Of a DNA stretch of 39,320 bases, positions 1-8,592 are shown in pieces. Numbering within the stretch: the stretch's first letter is position 1; each line of letters opens with the position of its first letter. The notes under the pieces are model-generated. The model was not told the origin of the DNA. It saw only the letters and a list, made by a program, of their open reading frames with translations, and ran no database searches. This DNA comes from Candidatus Aenigmatarchaeota archaeon (GTDB lineage Archaea > Aenigmatarchaeota > Aenigmatarchaeia > QMZP01): assembly GCA_003663415.1 (NCBI GenBank), contig QMZY01000001.1, forward strand, positions 1 to 39,320, given 5' to 3'. The translations under genes were made by a program, and so were the position numbers.

Positions 1-56
1 CCTGACATTAACCTATAAAAACCTTCCTGCCCATTAATTATTAATTGTGAAGCATT

Positions 57-776
57 GTGAAAGAAAATGAAATCCTTGAACTGATAACATCAGAATATTC
101 GTTTGAGCAGGTTATTTATAAGATTATTGCTTTTGAGGGAATGGATCCGTGGGATTTGGACATAAAAAAACTTTCCGATGCTTTTCTCCAATACCTGAAA
201 AAAAGGCGGGAAATGGATTTCAGAATACCAGCAAAATATATAATCATTGCGGCCGTGCTTCTCAAGATGAAATCCGAGGACTTGCAGCAGCTTTACGACC
301 TGACATTTGGTTCAGACCTTGATGTGTTTGAAGCAGAAATAGAATCAGAGGTTATACAACCTGAAACAGAATGTGAAACACAAACCCACCTGAACGCAAC
401 CCTTCATGTTCCGCCCGTAAGGAAGCCTGTCAGGAAAATTGTGGTTGAAGAACTCATCGATGCGTTAAGAAAAGCACTGAAAACAGAGGAAAGAAGAAAG
501 GAAAAATGGGAAAGAAGAAGGGAAAGAATAAAAATAGAACAGGAAAACATAACGCAAAGGATAGAAGAGCTTTACCGCAGGATAGATTCCCTTCTCACGG
601 AAATAAAAAAGGAAATAAAATTTTCAAGCCTTGTAAAACAATGGGAAAGAAAAGAAGTGGTGGAAACCTTTGTCCCTTTGATTCATCTAGACCATCAAAA
701 AAAGATTAAGTGCAGGCAGGAAGAACCGTTTGAAGAGATATTTATAACAAAAGCAGGTGAAAAAAATGCTTCCTGA
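57..776 (+). CDS. scpA: Segregation and condensation protein A (ScpA-like kleisin)
   Basis: GTG-start 239-aa ORF. It has a ScpA-like N-terminus (EILELITSEYSFEQV, DPWDLDIKKLSDAFLQYL) and a charged central region. It overlaps the ScpB-like ORF by 20 nt, the usual scpA-scpB pairing. Confidence 0.7.
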   Translation: MKENEILELITSEYSFEQVIYKIIAFEGMDPWDLDIKKLSDAFLQYLKKRREMDFRIPAKYIIIAAVLLKMKSEDLQQLYDLTFGSDLDVFEAEIESEVIQPETECETQTHLNATLHVPPVRKPVRKIVVEELIDALRKALKTEERRKEKWERRRERIKIEQENITQRIEELYRRIDSLLTEIKKEIKFSSLVKQWERKEVVETFVPLIHLDHQKKIKCRQEEPFEEIFITKAGEKNAS

Positions 777-1260
777 AAAAATAATTGAAGCCGCTTTGTT
801 CATTTCACACAGGCCGTTAAAATTAGAAGAGCTCGCAAAACTTACAGGAATAAATTCCTTGGGATATGTAAAAGACATTGTTGAGAAACTGAAAGAAAAA
901 TATTCTGACAGCGGAATAGAAATCAGTGAAACGCAGGAAGGCTTATATATGCAGGTAAAGCCTGAAATTCTCCCTAAAGTTTCACATCTCACTCCATATT
1001 CAGACCTTTCAGAAGGGTGCAAAAGAACACTGGCTTTGATAGCCTATAAGGAACCAGTCAAGCAGTCAGAAATCATCAAAATACAGGGAAACAAGGCATA
1101 TTCCTACATAAAGCAACTGCTTCAGAAAGGCTTGATAAAGATAGAGAAGGAGGGGCACACAAAAACAGTTTCTCTAACAAAAGAATTTGAAAGGTATTTT
1201 GGAGAAGAAAAGGAAAAAATAAAAGAAAAACTAAGAAGTTATGAATTTGAGAACCAATGA
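757..1260 (+). CDS. scpB: Segregation and condensation protein B (ScpB-like)
   Basis: 167-aa ORF with a ScpB-type winged-helix N-terminus (IIEAALFISHRPLKLEELAKLTG) and a second wHTH (KRTLALIAYKEPVKQSEI). It overlaps the scpA stop. Confidence 0.7.
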   Translation: MKKMLPEKIIEAALFISHRPLKLEELAKLTGINSLGYVKDIVEKLKEKYSDSGIEISETQEGLYMQVKPEILPKVSHLTPYSDLSEGCKRTLALIAYKEPVKQSEIIKIQGNKAYSYIKQLLQKGLIKIEKEGHTKTVSLTKEFERYFGEEKEKIKEKLRSYEFENQ

Positions 1261-1291
1261 GTTTTTATTTTACAAAACCTGAATATATACT

Positions 1292-2773
1292 ATGCCTCAT
1301 GAAAAACCCATTGAAGAGTTAATGAAGGAAAGGAGACAGAAGCTTGAAGAAATAAGAAAGCTTGGTTTTGATCCTTTTGGGCAAAGATTTGAAAGAACAC
1401 ACAAAGCCAAAGACATCCTGTCCAAATTCGGCAAAATAAAACCAGGCGAAAAGCTTGAGAAAGAAAAGGTTTCTCTGGCAGGAAGAATACGTTCAATAAG
1501 AAGGCACGGAAAGTTGGTTTTTGCTCATATAGAGGATTTTTCCGGAAGAATTCAGATTTTTGTTGAATACAAAACAGTAGGCAAAAAACTCTTCAATCTT
1601 ATGGACAAACTGAACACAGGCGATTTTGTTGGCGTTAACGGGTTTGTTTTCAAAACACTTAAAGGCGAAACAAGCATTTGGGTTAAAAGCCTTAATACGC
1701 TTTGCAAATCACTGAGACCTTTGCCCGCTGAATGGTACGGCTTAAAGGACGTGGAAACAAGATACAGGCGAAGATATGTGGATTTTATAGTAAATCCGCA
1801 GGTAAAGAACACGTTTATTAAAAGGTCAGAAATTCTAAAAGCCATAAGGCAGTTTCTCAATGAAAAGGGCTTCATTGAAATAACAACACCAACGCTTCAG
1901 CCGGTTTACGGCGGCGCTTTTGCAAGACCGTTTACAACCTATCACAACGAGCTTGAAAGAAAGCTTTATCTCAGAATATCCCCTGAACTTTACCTGAAAA
2001 GAGCATTGGTTGGCGGATTTGAAAAGGTATACGAGATTTGTGTGAATTTCAGGAACGAAGGAATAGACACAAGGCACAACCCCGAATTCACAATGCTTGA
2101 GCTTTACTGGGCATATGTTGATTACAAAGACAATATGAAACTTACAGAAGATATGTTTGAATACGTAGCAAAAAAGGTTTTGGGAACAATGAAAATAGAC
2201 TATCAGGGAAAAAAAATAGATTTGAAACCGCCCTGGAAAAAAATAACAATGTATCGGGCAATAAAAAAGCATTTGGGAGTAAACGTTGAAAGTGAAAATC
2301 TCTCTGACCTGAAAGCCTTTGCAAAGGAAAAGGGAATCCCAATACCAGATTATTTTAACAAAGGCATGGTTATTGCCAGCTTGTTTGATCTGGTTGAACC
2401 AAAGCTTGTGCAACCAACCTTTATCACAGATTTCCCTATTGATATATCTCCGTTAGCAAAAGCAAAAAGAGACAATCCATCATTGGCAGAGAGGTACGAA
2501 CTCATTATAAACGGTCAGGAATGTGCAAATGCATATACTGAGGAAAACGATCCTGACCAGCAAAGGAAAAAATTTGAGGAGCAGATGAAGCTTAGAAAAA
2601 AAGGAGACGAGGAAGCGCACATGATGGACGAGGATTTCATTCAGGCTCTGGAATACGGAATGCCTCCTGCAAGCGGAAACGGCATCGGAATAGACAGGTT
2701 AGTAATGCTGCTTACAAATTCTCCGTCAATTAGAGATGTTATAGCATTTCCAACGCTCAGAGAAAAAATATAA
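1292..2773 (+). CDS. lysS: Lysyl-tRNA synthetase, class II
   Basis: 493 aa. N-terminal OB-fold region plus class II motifs (FRNEGIDTRHNPEFTMLE; GNGIGIDRLVMLL) and LysRS-like ERYELIINGQECANAYTE. Confidence 0.95.
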   Translation: MPHEKPIEELMKERRQKLEEIRKLGFDPFGQRFERTHKAKDILSKFGKIKPGEKLEKEKVSLAGRIRSIRRHGKLVFAHIEDFSGRIQIFVEYKTVGKKLFNLMDKLNTGDFVGVNGFVFKTLKGETSIWVKSLNTLCKSLRPLPAEWYGLKDVETRYRRRYVDFIVNPQVKNTFIKRSEILKAIRQFLNEKGFIEITTPTLQPVYGGAFARPFTTYHNELERKLYLRISPELYLKRALVGGFEKVYEICVNFRNEGIDTRHNPEFTMLELYWAYVDYKDNMKLTEDMFEYVAKKVLGTMKIDYQGKKIDLKPPWKKITMYRAIKKHLGVNVESENLSDLKAFAKEKGIPIPDYFNKGMVIASLFDLVEPKLVQPTFITDFPIDISPLAKAKRDNPSLAERYELIINGQECANAYTEENDPDQQRKKFEEQMKLRKKGDEEAHMMDEDFIQALEYGMPPASGNGIGIDRLVMLLTNSPSIRDVIAFPTLREKI

Positions 2774-2805
2774 ATCAGGTTTCCAATTCTATATAGTGAT
2801 TTTAA

Positions 2806-2952
2806 ATGATTTTTGCGAAACTAAACAAAATTCAAATAAGAATTGCAAAGGAAATAATCAAAACAGAGAAAAGAGAACTTACTTATGCTGAATACCTTGC
2901 TTTAAAAAGGTTAGAAGATTTAAGTTCTAAAAACAAATTAATTAAAATATGA
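2806..2952 (+). CDS. Hypothetical 48-aa protein (below the ORF-track cutoff)
   Basis: Read by hand as MIFAKLNKIQIRIAKEIIKTEKRELTYAEYLALKRLEDLSSKNKLIKI. Its TGA overlaps the porB-like ATG (ATGA at 2949-2952), suggesting translational coupling. No family recognised. Confidence 0.3.
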   Translation: MIFAKLNKIQIRIAKEIIKTEKRELTYAEYLALKRLEDLSSKNKLIKI

Positions 2953-3836
2953 AATCAGTTGCTTCTTTGAAGAATGAAAGCCTGACAGTCGGCGGTTCTC
3001 CCTTGTGTGCCGGCTGCCCTGCAAGTCTCGGGTTAAAACTTGCTTTGCAGGCGTTAGGAAAAAACACCATTGTTATAAACGCGTCCGGGTGTATGACACT
3101 CTATGTTACATATCCTTACATGCCCCTTAAAACCCCGTGGATACACCTTGCAATAGAAAACGCAGCAGCAGGCGCAAGCGGAATAAGGGCAGCGTTAAGA
3201 GAAACCGGAAAAAAGAACATAAACGTAATCTGCTACGCTGGAGACGGAGCAACGTATGATATAGGTTTTCAGTCTTTATCAAGCGCTGTTGAAAGAGGAG
3301 ACAAATTTATTTATATCTGCTACAACAACCAATCATTTTCAAACACAGGCGTTCAAAAATCAGGGGCAACCCCTGAAAAAGCCTACACAACGACCACGCC
3401 AAAAGGAAACCCTTTCAAAAGAAAACCGCTTGTAAAAATAATGGCAGCACACGGTATGCCTTACACGGCAACGGCCTGCGTTTCTTTTCCAATGGATTAC
3501 ATGAAAAAACTCAGGAAAGCATCCAAAATCAACGGGCCTTCTTTTATAGATTTGCTCTGTCCCTGTCCAACGGGCTGGGGCTTTCATTCGTCAAGAATGG
3601 TAGAGGTTGGAAAACTTGCTGTTCTTACAGGAGCATGGCCTTTGTACGAGATCGAAAACGGAAAATTCAAACTAACATACACGCCCGCAAAGCTTTTGCC
3701 GGTTGAAAGATACCTTTCTCTTCAATACAGATTCAAACACCTGAGTAAAAAGGAAATAAACGAGATTCAAAGAAAAATTAACGAGGAATGGTTTCTCTTG
3801 GAAAAAGGCAAATACTGGGAGGCTGAGGAATATTAA
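2949..3836 (+). CDS. porB: 2-oxoacid (pyruvate):ferredoxin oxidoreductase beta subunit-like, TPP-binding
   Basis: 295 aa. N-terminal Cys motif (LCAGCPASLG) and a TPP-binding GDG...NN motif (GDGATYDIGFQSLSSAVERGDKFIYICYNN). Overall PorB-like length. Confidence 0.8.
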   Translation: MKSVASLKNESLTVGGSPLCAGCPASLGLKLALQALGKNTIVINASGCMTLYVTYPYMPLKTPWIHLAIENAAAGASGIRAALRETGKKNINVICYAGDGATYDIGFQSLSSAVERGDKFIYICYNNQSFSNTGVQKSGATPEKAYTTTTPKGNPFKRKPLVKIMAAHGMPYTATACVSFPMDYMKKLRKASKINGPSFIDLLCPCPTGWGFHSSRMVEVGKLAVLTGAWPLYEIENGKFKLTYTPAKLLPVERYLSLQYRFKHLSKKEINEIQRKINEEWFLLEKGKYWEAEEY

Positions 3837-4224
3837 AAGAATCCTTGCGGTTGACGCTTTAACAGTAAAGGGCAAAAAAATACTTTTAATAAAAAGAAGG
3901 TTTGCTCCTTTTAAAGGTTTTTGGGCTTTGCCTGGAGGATTGGTTGAAAAGAGCGAAAGCATTAAAGAAGCTTTAATAAGGGAAGCAAAAGAAGAAACAG
4001 GTTTGGATATAATTCCTGTCAGGCTTGTTGGAATATATGATGACCCTGAAAGAGACCCGAGAGGGGTTGTTTCTGTCGCTTTTCTGTGCAAACCAAAGAA
4101 TGCAAAAACAAAACCGGGAGAAGAGGTTTTGGATGTAAAGTTCTTTCCTTTAGAAGAAGCCGTTAAAATGAGACTGGCAGCAGACCATAACAAAATGATA
4201 AACGACTTAAAGGCGATGGAATGA
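3832..4224 (+). CDS. Nudix hydrolase (5' boundary uncertain)
   Basis: Perfect Nudix box GLVEKSESIKEALIREAKEETGL (GX5EX7REUXEEXGU). The frame is open from 3760, and ILAVDALTVKGKKILLIKRRFAPFKGFWALPGG precedes the box. The track start (TTG 3928) would delete these core strands. There is no ATG, GTG or TTG between 3760 and 3927, so the start is placed tentatively at ATT 3832. Confidence 0.65.
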   Translation: MKRILAVDALTVKGKKILLIKRRFAPFKGFWALPGGLVEKSESIKEALIREAKEETGLDIIPVRLVGIYDDPERDPRGVVSVAFLCKPKNAKTKPGEEVLDVKFFPLEEAVKMRLAADHNKMINDLKAME

Positions 4225-4634
4225 AAAAGGTTCTTGCGGGAGGAACATTTAACCTTGTGCATCCGGGACATGTTTTTTTTCTTAAAAAAGCCAAAGAGTT
4301 TGGAGACTATTTAATAGTTGTTGTTGCGCACGATGAAACTGTGTTGAAAAGAAAGGGATATCTTTTGAAAACAGCAGAGAAAAGGAAAGAAGAAATAGAG
4401 AAAACAGGAATTCCAGACAAGGTTGTTATAGGAGATTCAAAAGATTTTTTGAAAGTTGTCGAAAAGGAAAAACCAGACATAATAGTTCTTGGTTATGACC
4501 AATCTTTGGGCAGAGAAACAGAATCAAGGCTTCAGGCACTTGGTTGCAAAGTTATAAAACTGAAATCAAAACTAAAAGGGTATAAAACAAGCAAAATGAT
4601 AAAAAATAAAAGGAAACTCACTCTTCTTCGCTAA
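4221..4634 (+). CDS. ribL: FAD synthase / FMN adenylyltransferase, archaeal RibL-type cytidylyltransferase-fold protein
   Basis: 137 aa. GGTFNLVHPGH (HxGH nucleotidyltransferase motif), ...VVVAHDETV..., PDIIVLGYDQ. Its ATGA overlaps the Nudix stop. Confidence 0.7.
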   Translation: MKKVLAGGTFNLVHPGHVFFLKKAKEFGDYLIVVVAHDETVLKRKGYLLKTAEKRKEEIEKTGIPDKVVIGDSKDFLKVVEKEKPDIIVLGYDQSLGRETESRLQALGCKVIKLKSKLKGYKTSKMIKNKRKLTLLR

Positions 4635-4725
4635 ACTCTTCGTTTTCTATGTCCCACTCCTCTTCCTCTTCACTGTTTTCTCCAAAATCCTCTTCCTCCC
4701 AATCTTCATCCTGCAGGAACAGCAT
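4618..4725 (-). CDS. Hypothetical hyper-acidic 35-aa peptide (unlisted small ORF)
   Basis: Hand translation: MLFLQDEDWEEEDFGENSEEEEEWDIENEEFSEEE, with 20 of 35 residues D/E. It is preceded by GGTGA (SD-like) 5 nt upstream and an AT-rich TATA-like stretch around 4764-4775. It overlaps the ribL 3' end convergently by 17 nt. Confidence 0.3.
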   Translation of the reverse strand: MLFLQDEDWEEEDFGENSEEEEEWDIENEEFSEEE

Positions 4726-4785
4726 CTATTTCACCTGCTCATTAATTTTTTATTTAATTAAACGAAAAATATTTAAAGCTTTTCC

Positions 4786-4959
4786 TTAAAACACAGCTGA
4801 ATTGTCCGGGTTATGCCAGAATTCCTCAGGATGCTCTGTAAATTCCTCTTCAATCTCAAAAACTTCTCCGCAGTTTTTGCACTTTACCATTCCAGTATCC
4901 AATAAAACCCTCTGTTCTGCGTCGCAAAAAGGACACACAACCAATCTTGACTTTTTCAT
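4786..4959 (-). CDS. Small zinc-ribbon protein, 57 aa (unlisted small ORF)
   Basis: Hand translation: MKKSRLVVCPFCDAEQRVLLDTGMVKCKNCGEVFEIEEEFTEHPEEFWHNPDNSAVF. It has a CxxC-x14-CxxC motif and an acidic tail. A TATA-like ATTTAAAAATG lies about 25 nt upstream. Confidence 0.45.
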   Translation of the reverse strand: MKKSRLVVCPFCDAEQRVLLDTGMVKCKNCGEVFEIEEEFTEHPEEFWHNPDNSAVF

Positions 4960-4990
4960 ATTTGACTATTTTATGCAAACATTTTTAAAT

Positions 4991-5845
4991 CTATAGGTTT
5001 CCAAACTCAAAACACGAGCAAAAACCTTTTTCAGAAGATGAACACATTTTGCTTTCTGTTATACCCAGTATATATTCCTCCCCCTGATAATCCAACCTAT
5101 ACATTACTTTAATGTTCTCCCCTGACTCTCTTTCGAACATATCCTTTACGTTCTGGTTTTCATACACTTCAGCCTTTCCATTCATAAGCTCTTTACTATG
5201 GAACTGAAAAAGAACAAGAGGGCTTACACAATCAGATTTTTGATTCTGTACAGAACCAAACAAATCTGTTATTTCCTGCGGCGATATCCCGGCTTCCTGA
5301 AATATTCTTTCTGAAAAATTCGGGAATCCTCTAAAACCGCTTACCGAGAAAACAATAAAACCAAAGAAAACAGCGACACCAAGCAAAAAACCGGGATTCT
5401 TCAAAAGCTTTGATTTTTCAGCTCTCCTTGCCTTTTCCAATCTCTGTTCCAGTTTTTTTATGGCTTTTTCAAGTCCTCCTATATTGTAAATATTTCTTGT
5501 AATAAGGAAAACAGCTAAAGAAAGAACAACAGAAGAGACAACACCGCCTGCAAACACGTCTGCCTGGGCAAATCTTAACAGTGTCCCAAGACCTTCATTA
5601 AAATTTAAAAAACCAGAAACTCCGTCTGAAATACCAATTCCACACACAAGAGAAACAAAACCAAAACCAAACTTTAGAATAAATTTAACAGAATAAGAGG
5701 AATATGTTCTGTAACCAAGCATAACTATCCAGCCAAAAAAACTTATAAAACCCAAATAAACAAGTATCTGAAGAATAAAAAGAAATTGCGGCAGCCACTG
5801 AAGCAAATTCATACCAAAATTCATTAAAGACGGTATGTCAGCCAT
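4991..5845 (-). CDS. Hypothetical integral membrane protein
   Basis: 284 aa. Several N-terminal hydrophobic helices, a coiled segment (LEKAIKKLEQRLEKARRAEK), another TM helix and a C-terminal soluble domain. No family recognised. Confidence 0.5.
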   Translation of the reverse strand: MADIPSLMNFGMNLLQWLPQFLFILQILVYLGFISFFGWIVMLGYRTYSSYSVKFILKFGFGFVSLVCGIGISDGVSGFLNFNEGLGTLLRFAQADVFAGGVVSSVVLSLAVFLITRNIYNIGGLEKAIKKLEQRLEKARRAEKSKLLKNPGFLLGVAVFFGFIVFSVSGFRGFPNFSERIFQEAGISPQEITDLFGSVQNQKSDCVSPLVLFQFHSKELMNGKAEVYENQNVKDMFERESGENIKVMYRLDYQGEEYILGITESKMCSSSEKGFCSCFEFGNL

Positions 5846-5874
5846 ATTTAATTAATTGAGCAGATATTTTAAAT

Positions 5875-7041
5875 ATGCACGAAAAGTTTATCCTCTGTTC
5901 TGGCTGCGGAAAGAAATATCCTTTGACCAAAAAGATATTCAGATGCGAAAAATGCGGAGGAAGCCTTGAGATAATTTTTGATTATTCAAAGCTTAAGAAA
6001 GTGGTTTCTAACCTTGACAGCAGAGATTTCAACCATGCAAGGTATACAGAATTTTACCCCGTCAAAAATATTATTTCTCTCAAAGAAGGAGGAACCCCTT
6101 TGCTCAGGTCAAAAAACATAGAAAAAACCCTTAGTCTAGGTTTTGAATTGTATTTTAAATATGAAGCCGAAAACCCAACAGGCTCTTTTAAAGACAGGGG
6201 CTCTTCTGTTGAAATTTCCAAAGCTCTGGAATTCAAAGCAGAAAAAGCGGTCTGCCCATCAACGGGCAATATGGGAGCATCTGTTGCTGCTTATTCTGGA
6301 ATAGCAAACCTCGAGTGTGTGGTTTTTGTTCCAAAAGACACTATTCCAACAAAAATACAGCAAATTATGGATTACGGCGGAAAGGTTTTTAGAGTAAAGG
6401 GGAACTACGGATATGCAGCTGAACTGGCAATGAAAGCTTTCAAAGAGCATAACGCATACCTTTTGGGGGATTATCTCTATAGAAGGGAAGGCACAAAGTC
6501 TGTTGGGTTTGAATTGGCCGAAGAAATAGACGCGGATTATGTTTTCTGTCCTGTTGGAAACGGAACACTAATATCAGCTGTCTGGAAAGCATATAAAGAG
6601 TTTAAAGCCTTGGGTCTGGTTAAAAAAACACCAAGGCTTGTTGGTGTTCAGGCTTCTGGTTGTTCACCTGTGGTTAAGGCATGGGAAACAGGTGAAGAGA
6701 TAAAGCCCGTTAACGGGAAAACAGTCGCTGTTGCAATAGAATGTGGAAACCCGCTGGACGGGAAAAGAGCGCTAATTTCCATTAAGGAATCAAACGGGTT
6801 TGCCGTAAGCGTTAATGACAAGGAAATAATTAAAGCAATGCAGCTTCTTGACAGAAAGGAAGCGCTTCTTTCTGAACCAGCCGGAGCTGCTTCTTTTGCA
6901 GGTCTTTTAAAAACAAAAGACCAGGTAGAAAAAGGCTCAAAGGTTGTTTGCTTAATAACAGGCCACGGGCTGAAAACATTAAAAGCACAACAGCAAAAAA
7001 TAAAAAACATATCATCCAAAGATTTGAAAGCAATATTTTAA
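5875..7041 (+). CDS. thrC: Threonine synthase (PLP-dependent, PALP family) with N-terminal Zn ribbon
   Basis: 388 aa. CSGCGKK...CEKCGG ribbon, PLP-lysine motif ENPTGSFKDRG, STGNMGAS, and ThrC-like length. Confidence 0.85.
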   Translation: MHEKFILCSGCGKKYPLTKKIFRCEKCGGSLEIIFDYSKLKKVVSNLDSRDFNHARYTEFYPVKNIISLKEGGTPLLRSKNIEKTLSLGFELYFKYEAENPTGSFKDRGSSVEISKALEFKAEKAVCPSTGNMGASVAAYSGIANLECVVFVPKDTIPTKIQQIMDYGGKVFRVKGNYGYAAELAMKAFKEHNAYLLGDYLYRREGTKSVGFELAEEIDADYVFCPVGNGTLISAVWKAYKEFKALGLVKKTPRLVGVQASGCSPVVKAWETGEEIKPVNGKTVAVAIECGNPLDGKRALISIKESNGFAVSVNDKEIIKAMQLLDRKEALLSEPAGAASFAGLLKTKDQVEKGSKVVCLITGHGLKTLKAQQQKIKNISSKDLKAIF

Positions 7042-7090
7042 GGAAAAAACTTATAAACCTGTTGCCCATTAATTTGTATACGGTGCAAAC

Positions 7091-7552
7091 ATGGCAAGGA
7101 TGTATTCCAGAAAAAAAGGGAAATCAGGGAGCAAAAAACCACTTAAAAAAGCAGCGCCCTGGGTTAGATATAAACCCAAGGAAATTGAGGAAATTGTAGC
7201 AAAACTTGCTAAAAAAGGATATTCATCAGCAATGATAGGAACAATTCTCAGAGACCAGTACGGAATTCCTTCCACAAGAATTAAGATGGGCGGCGCAGGA
7301 AAAAAACTAACAAAAATAATGAAAGAACAGAATCTTTACCCTGATCTTCCAGAAGACCTTTTCAATTTAATGAAAAAGGCGGTTAATCTGAGAAAACATT
7401 TGGAAAAAAACAAAAAAGACTACACTTCTGCAAGGGGGCTGGAGCTTACTGAATCAAAAATAAGAAGACTTGCGAAATATTATATCAGAAAGAAAATTCT
7501 TCCCTCTGAATGGAAATATGACCCTGAAAGGGCAAAACTTATTGTGAGATAA
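7091..7552 (+). CDS. rps15: 30S ribosomal protein S15 (uS15, S13e type)
   Basis: 153 aa. [17 protein letters not shown]... N-terminus and a C-terminal S15 fold typical of archaeal/eukaryotic uS15. Confidence 0.95.
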   Translation: MARMYSRKKGKSGSKKPLKKAAPWVRYKPKEIEEIVAKLAKKGYSSAMIGTILRDQYGIPSTRIKMGGAGKKLTKIMKEQNLYPDLPEDLFNLMKKAVNLRKHLEKNKKDYTSARGLELTESKIRRLAKYYIRKKILPSEWKYDPERAKLIVR

Positions 7553-7609
7553 ATTAAATAAGGCCGAACCAAGAATTCTGCGGGTTTTAACACGCAGACG
7601 CGTAGTGTT

Positions 7610-7813
7610 TTAAATAACTTCGTGCCTTGTAGCCACTGCTACTGAAATCCAGCACAAACCAGCAACTAAAATAAGAACAAACGCTATTATGAGAGCAAAT
7701 AAGTATTGAAACTCGTTCACACCTATATTCATTTCCAGGTTTCTAACAATCCAAACACCGGCAAGCAGGAAGAAACTGCCCATTATCCAGGTAAAAACAA
7801 GTTTTCCTGTCAT
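7610..7813 (-). CDS. Small two-TM membrane protein, hypothetical
   Basis: 67 aa with two hydrophobic helices. It starts 2 nt after the rpoD stop, so it is probably co-transcribed. Confidence 0.4.
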   Translation of the reverse strand: MTGKLVFTWIMGSFFLLAGVWIVRNLEMNIGVNEFQYLFALIIAFVLILVAGLCWISVAVATRHEVI

Positions 7814-7815
7814 AT

Positions 7816-8592
7816 TTATATTTTGTTTATCTGCTTTTTAAATTCTTCAGCTTTTTCCCTAAGAATCTGCACAGATTTTTTCACTATATATTCCGGTTTT
7901 AATCCAGAAACAGACTCTACTCTGAAAATGAACTTGCTTTCATTTCCTTTAACCTCTATGCACCCGTCACCCATACACGCTTCACAAAGGTCGCACTGAA
8001 CAGGGTCAGAAATAACAAGCCTGCTTCCCTTTATTTCAAGCAAGCCTTTTGGGCACTTTTTAATAACTTTTTTCAAATCACATTTTGAATCTTTCACAGC
8101 AACTTCAGGAAAATACTGATAAGCAGCATTTGCCGCCTGCCATTTTGCATGTTCTTTTCCTCTCCCAAGAACAGCAACAGCCTCAAGCCTTAATTCCTGA
8201 TTTTCAAGAAGCTCAACTATAGGAAAATTAGGACTTGTTGGCATTACGTCTTTGTTTGATGATTTCATATCTTTTGAATAAACAGTACATGGGCCTTTTT
8301 TATCAATAACAAACACAACCTGACATAAAGGACAGCCCTTCCCTCCACATTTGCACTTGTCCATAAAATTGATTTTTTCAGGCTCAAATTTTAGCGGAAT
8401 CAACCCAAGCCTGTGAGCTATCATCTCATCAAACAAAGCAGAACTGTTCTCATGAAAATCAACCCATTCAATTGCCAGTGTAGGAATTTCAGAAATCATT
8501 ATTCTTCTTAATGCGTTTGCAAAAGCTGGTGTTGTCCCGTCAAGAAGGAAAACCAGCTTCTCTCCTTTTTTCTGAAGTATTTTGATTTTCAT
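7816..8592 (-). CDS. rpoD: DNA-directed RNA polymerase subunit D (Rpo3)
   Basis: 258 aa. AFANALRRIMISEIPTLAIEWV dimerisation region and Cys clusters (CKCGGKGCPLC; CDLCEACMGDGC). Confidence 0.9.
   Translation of the reverse strand: MKIKILQKKGEKLVFLLDGTTPAFANALRRIMISEIPTLAIEWVDFHENSSALFDEMIAHRLGLIPLKFEPEKINFMDKCKCGGKGCPLCQVVFVIDKKGPCTVYSKDMKSSNKDVMPTSPNFPIVELLENQELRLEAVAVLGRGKEHAKWQAANAAYQYFPEVAVKDSKCDLKKVIKKCPKGLLEIKGSRLVISDPVQCDLCEACMGDGCIEVKGNESKFIFRVESVSGLKPEYIVKKSVQILREKAEEFKKQINKI

Noticed and set aside
3757-3836. A programmed frameshift fusing PorB to the Nudix domain.
   Set aside because: The Nudix frame overlaps the last 77 nt of porB, but I see no slippery heptamer or stimulatory structure, and a PorB-Nudix fusion has no precedent I know of. 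A non-canonical start or a sequencing error is more parsimonious.
7578-7597. The hairpin CTGCG-N10-CGCAG between the convergent rps15 and small TM genes, as a possible bidirectional terminator.
   Set aside because: It has only 5 bp, archaeal termination relies mainly on oligo-T tracts, and the evidence is too weak to annotate.
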